From contig NW_021830460.1 of assembly GCF_006345805.1 (NCBI RefSeq), positions 1-64,000 on the forward strand: DNA of 64,000 bases, given 5' to 3'. Each line of letters starts with the position of its first letter. Positions within the stretch are counted from its first letter, which is position 1. Below, piece after piece: positions 53,891 to 64,000 of this stretch. Position numbers and translations under genes: made by a program. The stretch is from Octopus sinensis (lineage: Eukaryota). The notes beneath the pieces are model-generated. The model was not told the DNA's origin. It did no database searches and saw nothing but the letters and a program-made list of their open reading frames with translations.

Positions 53891-54135
53891 ATATATATAT
53901 ATATATATACATATGTTTCAAAGGAATATCAAATATTAAGGGACCTTAATATATGATTTTCAACATTTCATCTATTCAATAAGATAATCAATACTTCATT
54001 TCATTTTACTATATATACTATTTATACTATATATTCTATATTCTACATTAATATTATAAAAATCCTTAAATCCTTAAAAATGTTTTAGCCCGAAGGCCGC
54101 GGTCATGCTGGGGCACCACCGCTGAATGAGCTACA

Positions 54136-57100
54136 CTAATATGTGAATCCACCTCTCATACGTGGCACTTGATCAACAAGGGAGTTCGATGCTGCTGCCC
54201 GCATCTGCGTCTCCAGTCGTGAGGTAGGTTCATCTGGGACTCCCGACAAGAAGAGATCCAGTTTAGTTTTAAAGAAACCCACATCCACACCATGTAAGTC
54301 TCTCAGGCATTTAGGGAGGATGTTAAAGAGATGTGGTCCTCTGAAACCCAAGCTGTTGCAGTATCTGGACCTGTATTTTGATGGTGATGTTGGAATCCTT
54401 GGCACCACGCAGCGGCGCCCCGTTCTGCGGTTGGGGTAACTTCGAATGCCAAAGTTTGGAACAAGACCCTCCAGGATTTTCTAGATGTATATCACCGCAT
54501 ATCTCTCCCGCCTTCGCTCTAGGGAGAAGAGGTTTAATATTTTCAGTCTTACCCAGTAGCTGATATTTTGCATTGAGACAATTTTCTTTGTGTAGCTTCT
54601 TTGAATTGCTTCGAGTTCTGCTGTTAGTTTTATATTGTGTGGTGACCATAGTTGGGAGCAGTAGTCCAAGCGGCTGAGGACGAATGTTTTCCAGAGGACC
54701 ATCAGTGTCTCCTCTCTTGTTCTGAAAGTTCGGAGAATCCATCCAGCTAGCCGTCTGCATTTTATCACCAGATTAGTAATATGCACTTGGAAAGATGCAT
54801 CATTGCTCAAGTCAATGCCCAGGTCACGCACTGAAGGATTGCAATTCTTCCTGGGCCAGTGTATCCAGTCTGCATGTCGTTTACCTTTGTGTGCCGGTAG
54901 CGCAGGGCCTGGAACTTACCTGCATGAAACTGCATGTTGTTGTCCTCAGCCCACCTGTATATTGTATCCAACTCCTGTTGCAGATGCGCAATATTTTCAG
55001 GGTTTTGTATTGTGTGGGAGACTTTTGTATCATCTGCATAGCTAGCAAAGGTGGCCATCGTAGCAACTGAGGGCATGTCTGAAAGGGCCACTATGAACAT
55101 CAGTGGCCCCAAGACAGTGCTCTGTGGAACACCGCTTGTTATTTGTGTTTCCTTGGAGGTGGCTCCATTGGTCACAACTGCCTGTCTTCTATCTTTTAGG
55201 AAGTTGTGCAGCCACTCTCCAAGTTTTCCGCCTATGCCGAACCCACGCAGTTTGTGACAAATCATACCGTGGTCGACTTTATCAAAGGCTTTTGCAAAGT
55301 CGAGATATATTATATCCACATTTGAGCCATTTAGTAGCTGTTTTAACACCCAGTCATAGTGTTGCAGGAGCTGTGTTAGGCAGCTTCTACCTGGTCGAAA
55401 TCCATGCCGGGTGTCAGTCAGCAAGTCCTTTTCTTCAAGGAACATGATTAGTTTCTTGCGGACTATTCGTTCCATGACTTTGCTGATGTATGAGGTCAGA
55501 GAGATAGGCTTATAATTTTTAGCATGTGCTCTGCTACCTCACTTATGGAAAGGGCATATTACGCCCTCTTTCAATTTGACTGGGAGCTGACCACTTTCAA
55601 GAAAGCTCTGAAAAAGAAGCTGTAGCGATTTTGCAAGGGCACGTTTGCACGATTTGAGAAGGATCGCTGGGAATCCATCAGGTCAAGCAGCTGAGTTTGT
55701 GTCAATCTCATCTATGGCTAGTGTGATATCATCATCTTCAATGTTGATGTACTCAATTTTTGCCTCTTTGGCCGCAGGTAAAGTGGCAAAGAATTCTTCT
55801 GGGTTGTTTACTTGCCTGTGTCCTAGAGGTGTAGTGAACACACTTTGGAACTGTTCGTTCAGTATTTCACTTATCCTCGTGGGATTTCCTGTGAGAGAGC
55901 CATCTTTTTGGAAGAGTGGTCCTATTCTCTGGTGCACTGTGGCTGTCTCTTTGGCAAACTTAAAGAAAGCTTTAGGGTTTGACTTTATATTTTCTATTAC
56001 CCAAGCTTCTTTATCTGCTCTCTCCTTTTCATGGGGCTGATGCAAACTTTTCTCAATTTCCATTAGCATTCTCTCGAGCCGAGACTTCTCACCACTTTTG
56101 GTGTGCTTGCTCAGGCGGTTCGCAATCCTTGTCCGTCGTCTCATAAGATACTTCCTTTCTCTAGGGATCCTGTTTTTGTTTTTGTGTGTGCTGGCCCTGG
56201 ACACTGGGACATATTTGTCACATATGGCTTGTATTATGAACATGAAATGTTTGTGTTTCATGTTAATGTCCGGTGTGGAGAGACATTTAGGCCAATCCTG
56301 TTTGAGGATCTCTTTCTCAATCAACTTCCAGTTTGCTTTATGAAAGTTTAAGTTGGAGAGATGGTGGATGCTTCGTATAGGCTGTGTGTCTACGGGGACT
56401 CTATTATGTTGTGATCCGAGATCATTGTCGGCATCACTTTAACATTATGGATAATATCCATATTGTTTGTGAAGCAGAGATCCAGTATATTATCTGCCCT
56501 TGTTGGTTGCAGAACTATTTGCTCCATGAAAGAGGCATTTGTGAGATGGAGCGGGGACTCTGCCTGTGCCTGCTGATGGTGTGTCATCCCTGAGAGCATC
56601 TGCACCCCCAGGCCATTCCACATTGGGGAAGTTAAAGTCACCCATGAAGAATACACTGTTGTGTTGTTCAAGGTTGATGAGAACTTCTCCTATTTTTGTT
56701 AGGCAGTCTTCAAACATGCCTGAGTGATTTGGGGCATCCGGTAGGCGATATGTAGTACATATGACGATATCCAGTTGTCTTATGTGTACAATTTGAGTGT
56801 CACACACTGAGTTTGAATATGACAACAGGACCTGGGACGTGAGGTCATCTCGGATGTACATTGCAACTCTACCATGGCTCCTCCCTTTGCTATCTGAGTG
56901 TATGACTGCATATTGCGGTATGTGTATTTCTGCATCCCCTATATCAGGTCCAAGATGCGTTTCTGTGAGTGCCATACATATAGCTTGATTGCATGTCACA
57001 AGGTCTCTCAGGAATGAGATTTTCCTTTTACAGTTGCCACGCAGCAGCCCTCCTACGTTCAGTAGAAATATTTTTGTGGTGTGTGTGTGTGTTGGTGTCT

Positions 57101-57221
57101 GTGGTGGCCATCCTGCATCTGTTGGTGGTGGCCTTATGTGGTGGTAGTTCAAGCTTTGTGCTTGTAGCCAGGTCAGCTGCTGAATAATTTTTGTGCCATG
57201 CACAAAAAACAGCTGCTGCAC
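54136..57221 (-). pseudogene. LINE ORF2 (APE endonuclease plus reverse transcriptase), frameshifted
   Basis: LLNVGGL, ALTETHL, FMGDFNFP, LDLCFTN..ISDH, YLDFAKAFDKVDH, SGVPQ..VLGP, YADDTK, RLDYCSQLWSP, LERRRERY. Confidence 0.92.
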
Positions 57222-57452
57222 AGATAGTCAGGATTGAGGGAAGGAAAAACACTGTCACGCACGAATTTATATACAAACAGACGCGTTAAAAATAAAAATA
57301 GCGTATATTTTTATATCTTTTATATCTATAAACGCGATGATATCTATGAATTATTAGGCGATCTTAGAACCGTAAGATCGTCGATTATTAATAATAATAA
57401 ATAATGTTTTTTTGTTTTTTTTTATCTTCTGGTTGAGAGAACACTAATAATA
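57221..57452 (-). repeat. 232-bp copy of the LINE's own 5' end (source 59226-59458) inserted inside the element
   Basis: Near-identical direct repeat with CA at both junctions; removing it restores CCCAGATGCAGCAGCT (..TQMQQL..). Confidence 0.85.
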
Positions 57453-57521
57453 CATCTGGGTGAAGCTGGCCACTTGTTGGGTTACCGCGCCCTACATCCG
57501 CATATCGTCTTTCAGGAGTGG

Positions 57522-58181
57522 TCAGTGCGCTATTTTTCCTTCTTTTATATTTTTCTTTATCTTTTGTTCTCCCCGAGGGAGGGATCTTTGTCTTGTGTCC
57601 ATGCGGTTTTGGTAGGGCTTCTGATGTGCAAAGCGACAGTTTGCACCCTCGACGCCATGCCAGCAGTCTCCCTTCAGGTAGAATTTGCAGATGTTTCTGC
57701 CTTTGCCCTTATAGTTCTTGCTGGGGTTCTTCTGTTTTTTCTGAACAGTGTTTGTTTTAGTTTTAGTTTTCTTGTCTTTTACCTCTTGTTTCCCATCAAT
57801 TTTAGGGTGCTTTTCTTTTTTTGCGGCCATCGCACCTCTTTGTTCTTCAGTTTTGTTGGGAGCTGGACATGTGCCATTGTTTCCCTTTGTTCTAGGTTTC
57901 TCGGTTGTGTCTTTTGTTGGGTCCTGGATGTTTTCTCCATCCTTTTGGTCTTCCCTGGTGCAGTCACATCCTAGTATGATGCCCAGAGTGTCCATGTGTT
58001 GCTTGATTAGAGCGTATGAATGGAGAAATTCTCATTTCTTTCGCTCTATCTGGGCGGTGGTCCTTGAAAAATCATTGCTCTTTAGCGCCGCTGCAATGAT
58101 ATTGTTTGGCGAGTCGCCCTCGGCAATCTTCCAGGCGCGGACGAACAATTGCAGCTCCCTCGCAGACCAGTTCCTTGACAT
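57522..58181 (-). pseudogene. LINE ORF1: Myb/SANT-like N-terminus plus CCCH zinc finger, one in-frame TGA
   Basis: MSRNWSARELQLFVRAWK..IAAALKSNDFSRTTAQIERKK*EFLHSY continues in frame into MDTLG..ICKFYLKGDCWHGVEGANCRFAH. Confidence 0.65.
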
Positions 58182-60109
58182 TTTTGCCCGAGAAACAGTG
58201 AGAGTGAAATATAGGAACAGAGAGAGAAGGAAAGATAAGATGGTTGACCTGAGAGGGAGAGGAGAAAGGAAAAAAGCTGGTGGCAGATCAACCAGGGCGG
58301 AGGATAGAGAGAGAGACGAGGGGATGGTCCTGAGAGAAGAGAGAAAGAATGGCAGGTCAGCAGGGGAGAGTGAGCAGGATAGAGGTGTGGTAGAGAGAAA
58401 GAAAGGGACAGGGAAGAAAAGAGAGACAAGGAGATGGAACTTAGGGGGAGCTGGGAGAAGAAAGGCGGAGAGAAAAAATGGAGAGGGAGAGAGAGGGCGG
58501 GATAGAGGTACCAGAGAGTGAAGTAAAGGGACAGAGAGGGTGGTGTGGAGAAAGGAGACCGAGAGAGGAAAAAAGAGACAAGGGGTGAACCTTAGAGGGA
58601 GCAGGGAGAGGAAAGGTAGGAAGAAAAAGGGGAGAGGGAAAGAGGGGGCGCGATAGAAGTGCAAGAGAGTGTAGTAAAGGGACAGGGAGGGTGGTGTAGA
58701 GAAAGAAATAAGGGGACAGAAGGAGAAGAGAGAAAGGGGTTTGACCTGTGAAGGAGCGGAGAGAAGAGAGGGAGAGAGAGTAACACAGAGAGAAGGAGAG
58801 AGAGAAAAAGAGAGAGGGCGGGATAGAGATACAAGAGAGAATGAGTGAAGTAGAGGAACAGAGAGGGGGGTGAGATTTGAGAAAGTTGATCTGAGAGAGA
58901 GCAGGAGGGAGAGATACAGAAAGAGAAACGATGGCAGAGAGCGGGAGAGAGAGCGGAAATAGAGGGTCTGATGGATGGAGAGACAGATAAGGGGGAGAGT
59001 TGTAAGAAAGAGATAAATAGAGTAAGGCAGGTTACACAGATAGTCAGGATTGAGAGGAGACACACTGTCACGGAGAGAGATAAGGGGGAGAATTGTAGGA
59101 AAGAGATAGAGAGAGTAAGGCAGGTTACAAAGATAGTCAGGACTGAGAGAAGGAAACACACTGTCACGGAGACAGATAAGGGGGAGAATTGTAAGAAAGA
59201 GATAGAGAGAGTAAGGCAGGTTACACAGATAGTCAGGATTGAGGGAAGGAAAAACACTGTCACGGACGAATTTATATACAAACAGACGCGTTAAAAATAA
59301 AAATAGCGTATATTTTTATATCTTTTATATCTATAATCGCGATTATATCTATGAATTATTAGGCGATCTTAGAACCGTAAGATCGTCGATTATTAATAAT
59401 AATAAATCATGTTTTTTTAAATTTTTTTTATCTTCTGGTTGAGAGAACACTAATAATAAATAATATTTTTTTCTTACCTTCACTCTGTTTTAGAAGAAAG
59501 AAAGATATAAAAAGACAGACCTTCAATATTCCCGTATTCTTTACTTGTATTTTGTAAACAAAAGAAAAGAATAGAGTTCCGATGTTCGTAGATGCGATAT
59601 GTTCTTTTTATGTTTCGATCCATTTGCGAGATCAATATTTAAGCAATTTGATATCAGGCAGCAGATTTTCAGAGGTTTTCAAAACACGCGGATACACCAC
59701 ACCAAAAGCGAAAATATTCTTCTCAAAAATACAGCATCTTGTCGTTGCTTCACAGACAAAATTCACTTCGACTTCAGGAAGCAACACACGTGGTTTCAAC
59801 ACATGTGCTCGGCTGTTTGCGAGGTATGTTCTAGTCGCATATACTATATCAAAAGCGAAAATATTCTTCTCAAATACAGTGTCTTGTCGTACTTTCACTT
59901 ATATTTGCTTTACAGACAAAATTCACTTCTGATAACATCGATCTCTTGAAGGTCTTTTTTAAACTTTAGGAGAGACACATTAACACTCGACTTGTTAGTT
60001 CGGCGCCATCTTTGTATATAAATAAAACATAAATAAAACATAAATATAAATAAAACATAAAAAGCAGACAGAGTTAGAAATCCTTGGAAAAATATATATC
60101 CCTCTATAC

Positions 60110-61395
60110 CAGTGGTTTTCCACCAGGATTCCGCGGAACCGTAGGGTTCCGCCAGTACAGTCCAGGGGTTCCGCAACAAGTTACATAAATGCTAAAATCG
60201 ACAGTAATTTTTAGTTCTCCTGTGCAGATATGTGTGTACATGTTAGTCCTACGTGTACATCTACGAGTTGCTCGCCAGCGTAGATGACCCTGATCCTTGG
60301 TGTGTACATGTACGTGCACATCTACGAGTTGCATGCCAGCTTAGATGATGGTTTAGTTTTCTTTTGTAAAATACGAGTGACTATATTTGGAAGAAACATT
60401 TTAACTGCGTAAGCCATTTAGGTGTTGTTGTTAATCCGCCTTTTAAAAGATCTTTAGCTTTTTAAAAAGGCTTTTTTGTAAAATGTTTTTCTTGTATGAC
60501 GTCTATTAAAATTTGGTCAAACGTTAAGATTAAAAAATTCGAAACAGAGTTGAATTACATATGTTGAAAAAAATAAGAAATAGGGAAACTGATACTAAAT
60601 TATAAGATATGTAAATATGCGTAAATATTAATTCCTTACAAATTTCTAAATTAGAACAATGAACAAATAAACGACATTTTAAATTCAAATCCGAAAATCT
60701 ATTTTAATTATTATATGCATATTGTTTAAATATAATCAAATACCTAGTACTAAAAAAAAAACATTAATAAAAAAGCTAAATTTTACATCATTAAACTCGC
60801 TACACTTTAAAGATCATTTTGTCCTGCCACTATTAGGTTTGCTTTTATATATATACAATTCTGCTTACAGCCTTACAAGTATGGATAGATTTCTGAAAAA
60901 TACGTAAGTTAGATACAGATACTGTTTGTGGGGAGAAGCTGGCACCAGCCAAACTGAAACGACACTTAACGACTAAACATCCAGAGTTGTCAGGCAAAAA
61001 TTAACAATATTTTAAAAGAGAATTGGCATTTGATAAAAGGCAAGTTTCTATGTTTGCCAAAAAGTTCAAATTGAGTGACAAAGGACAAGAAGCAAGTTAT
61101 ACTGTGGCGGAGACAGTTGCAAGAAAAATGAAATCTCATACCATCGCTGAAACTGTAATTTTACCTGCATGCCAGAAAATAGTTAGGATAATGTTTGGAG
61201 AGGATGCTATATCAGATCTAAATAAAATTCCACTTTCTGACAACACAATAAGTAGGCGCATTCAAGACATGTCAGAAGACATTGAGTGCAATATTAAGTC
61301 AAAAATACTGAAACATAAGTTCTTTCCACTTCAATTTGATGAGAGTTCCGACATCACTGCTAAAGCACAGCTCCTTGTAATTGTTCGTTTTATTT
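60110..61395 (+). mobile_element. hAT (Charlie-like) transposon 5' part with transposase fragment
   Basis: Starts CAGTGGTTTTCCACC. Encodes LKRHLTTKH, SHTIAETVILPAC..KIPLSDNTISRRI..FPLQFDESSDIT..AQLLVIVRF. Confidence 0.85.
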
Positions 61396-61585
61396 CCCTG
61401 GGCATGGTTACGTTTTATTTCCCTGGGCAAGGATACATTGAAACTCCGACGTCTGGCAGCTGACTTGGCAGACACCCATAAAATTATTAACCATCTTACA
61501 AACAATAACTCTGAGCACCTTTTCAAACTCCACCTGTCTAACACCCGTGGACATGTTTACAAAGTCAGAAAACAGCACAGCTCAG
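61396..61585 (+). mobile_element. CR1 LINE 3' fragment
   Basis: TLKLRRLAADLADTHKII..LFKLHLSNTRGHVYKVRK. Confidence 0.7.
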
Positions 61586-61689
61586 CTCCCATGAATCTCG
61601 GTGTGTTCTACTATTTGAGCATGTCCGAATCACACCTCTTCACTCTCCCACTCTCCCTTTCTCGCTATATGTATATCACTACACGTGGA

Positions 61690-61860
61690 CAGTTGGCGAT
61701 TATTTTTCTTCCTTTTTTACTTTTTCTTTGGACTTTTCTATGTTTCCTGTTTCCGAAGAAGAGCTATGCTCGAAACGTAACACAACCATTTTTTTTCCTT
61801 CTCTGAGAATTTTATTAATACTTTGCATGTGCTAACGTCACGTTGAAGTTTTCCTCTTGG
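61690..61860 (+). mobile_element. Short PLE-derived element with decayed hammerhead (61748-61782)
   Basis: CCGAAGA-A-GAGC-TAT-GCTC-GAAA-CG-TA; upstream CAGTTGGCGATT shared with the 1520-1705 element. Confidence 0.55.
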
Positions 61861-62096
61861 TTATTTTTCTCCGTTTTTGAAGTAACTAGAGAAATGTTTC
61901 TATCAGTGACTAGCATGCATAAAATAGTCAATAGATAACATATTTTTCATATGAAATTAGTGTACATTTAAACACAAAAGAGGTGACCCAAAACAGGACA
62001 ACTTACATGCTAAAAGGAACAGTCAAAGCTCAAACCACGGTTAAGAGTAATTTCGAACGAGATGAAAAATAAAAACATTTTCAAATTATCACTACA

Positions 62097-62290
62097 CACG
62101 AGGGGGTGATGATAAGTTGCTGACTTTAAGGGTGTCGTGAAAGGCCTGGATGGAGGCCCTACCTTCCGAGTTCTTTTACAGTCCTTAGAAAAACTGTAAG
62201 ACCGCTGCTATAAATGTGTGAATCTGAATAAAATAATTTGCTGGGCCTCCTGTATTCAATTGTACCCAAAGCCTCACCTTTCAGCCTCAC

Positions 62291-62292
<2 letters not shown>
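62097..62292. mobile_element. Mariner-type MITE, degraded
   Basis: CACGAGGGGGTGATGATAAGTT terminus; body similar to 62817-63026. Confidence 0.6.
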
Positions 62293-62325
<33 letters not shown>

Positions 62326-62352
62326 CAATATATATATATATATATATATACA

Positions 62353-62412
<60 letters not shown>

Positions 62413-62468
62413 CATATTCATATATATATATATATATAATATATATATATATATTCATATTCATATAT

Positions 62469-62517
<49 letters not shown>

Positions 62518-62525
62518 ATATATAT

Positions 62526-62581
<56 letters not shown>

Positions 62582-62637
62582 TATAAATATATATAATGTA
62601 TATATATATATATGAATATGAATATATATATATATAT

Positions 62638-62668
<31 letters not shown>

Positions 62669-62695
62669 GAGAGAGAGAGAGAGAAACAGAAAGAA

Positions 62696-62815
<120 letters not shown>

Positions 62816-62816
62816 A

Positions 62817-63026
62817 TACGAGAGAGTGCTGAAAAGTTCTTGGTTGTAAGGATATTGCAAAAGGCTTGGTTGGAGGCCAAACCTTCCGAGTTCTCTTACA
62901 GGGCTTAGAAAAACTGCAGTAAATGTGTGAATCTGAGATGGGAATATGTTGAATAAAATCTTAATTATCTGATCTTCCTGTATTTTCTTTTACCCAGAGC
63001 CAGGAAATTTTCAGCACCCTGCTTGT
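62817..63026. mobile_element. Mariner-type MITE (~210 bp)
   Basis: TIR TACGAGAGAGTGCTGAAAAGTTCTTGG pairs with CCAGGAAATTTTCAGCACCCT. Confidence 0.65.
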
Positions 63027-63199
63027 GTATCAATGGAGTGTTTCTCTTGTAAGTTCACCAAACATTTGAAGACTCTACCTAATCTGCGAGTGACAGCGTT
63101 TCGAGCAGGGGTTTCTTTATTTATTATAAGACGATTGGCAGAATCACTGGAGGATCGGTGAAAATACATTTTAATGTGTTCCGGTGGTTTATACTGCGA

Positions 63200-63915
63200 G
63201 TTCAAATCTAGCCCAAGACAGATGAAAATCCATTCAGGGCGGGGGGCGCAATAAAATAAAGTACCAGTAAACTACTGCAGTCGGTGTAATTGACTTCCAC
63301 TCGTCCCCCGCTAAAACTGCTGGCTTCGTACTAAAAATTCAAACAATTATAAGGTGGAGTATTGGTAGATTCGCTAAAACATCAGAGAAAACAATGTCGT
63401 TCCAACTTCTTACGATCAGAGTTTAAACACCAGCGGGTCGATAAAATAAAGCACTGATGAAATATTGGAGACAATAGTATCGGCTAACTTGGTTTCTCGA
63501 GTATCAGGCCTTGTGTCTATATTGATTTAAAGTTTTGGTACAAGGCCCGCAATTTCGGGGAATGAAATACATTGACCCAGTATTCAGTTGGAACTTACGT
63601 GAAAGGCAATGTCGATCTTGGCGGAATTTCAACCAAGAATATAAAGACAGATGAAATCCCGCTAAGCATTTTGTCGGACGTGCCGAAAATCCTACTAGTT
63701 AACGATAATAATGGTTTCAAATTTTTGCGGAAGGCCAGAGCTTCAGTAGAAGAGTAAGTCAATTACATCGACCCCAGTGCGTAACTGGTAATTATTTTAT
63801 CGACTCCGAAAAGATGAAAGTCAAAGTCGACGTCAGCTGAATTTGAACCCGGAACGTAAAGACAGACGAAATGCCGCCAAGCGTTTTTCCTCCTAAGCAT
63901 TCTGTCAGCTCGTCA
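63200..63915. mobile_element. Cluster of degraded SINE family 2 copies on both strands
   Basis: Repeated GTACCAGT/ACTGGTA, GTCGAT, ACATCGACCCCAGTGCGTAACTGG and AAAGTCGAC..AATTTGAAC motifs. Confidence 0.65.
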
Positions 63916-64000
63916 CCATAAGGCTTTATGTCTATATTAGAAGCAGATCTAATATTGCACTGCGAGGCGTGTTCATATTTATATGATAATTTCACTTTTC

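Larger units (their letters stand above)
54060..59458 (-). mobile_element. Near full-length CR1/L2-group LINE (~5.4 kb)
   Basis: ~1.3-kb 5' UTR with ~95-bp tandem units and a CT-rich tract, then ORF1, APE and RT; 3' tail ending (TTTAAGGA)n. Confidence 0.88.

Noticed and set aside
58032-59281. 375-aa, 257-aa and 229-aa ORFs over the GA/CT-rich region
   Set aside because: Apart from the last ~50 codons (ORF1 start at 58181), these are low-complexity translations of the LINE 5' UTR and its ~95-bp tandem units.
59600-59930. Duplicated ~70-bp block and 88-116-aa ORFs
   Set aside because: No domain motif was recognised; it is probably a degraded repeat with a local tandem duplication.

Overview
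This is eukaryotic, AT-rich, almost entirely repeat-derived DNA. It is very probably an Octopus genome, inferred from recognisable octopus-type tRNA-SINE families and the microsatellite load. I can support no host gene, rRNA, true tRNA or CRISPR array; nearly all long ORF-track entries are microsatellite translations. Three microsatellite-associated retroelement systems dominate. (1) From 16 to 51 kb there is a stacked array of at least five families of R4/Dong-type non-LTR retrotransposons (RT, CCHC knuckle, PD..D restriction-like endonuclease). All substantial copies are on the + strand and end in (AAT)n. A ~560-bp non-coding element occupies the same (AAT)n sites. (2) From 0.3 to 15 kb (plus 61.7 kb) there are Penelope-like (PLE) remnants beside (TA)n/(CA)n tracts, often as divergent inverted repeats. 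They carry minimal type-I hammerhead ribozyme motifs with palindromic loop 3; five copies from four families look structurally complete. (3) From 54 to 59.5 kb there is a near full-length CR1/L2-group LINE whose ORF1 appears to combine a Myb/SANT-like domain with a CCCH zinc finger. It carries a copy of its own 5' end inserted inside it. Also present are Tx1/L1, mariner, hAT, Helitron/Helentron-like and solo-LTR-like remnants, a ~6.5-kb tandem duplication (possibly an uncollapsed haplotype) and a dispersed duplication (16.1-22.4 kb vs 43.4-45.8 kb). All folds, alignments and family labels were made by eye. Family letters A-E are my own working labels, and element boundaries are approximate.
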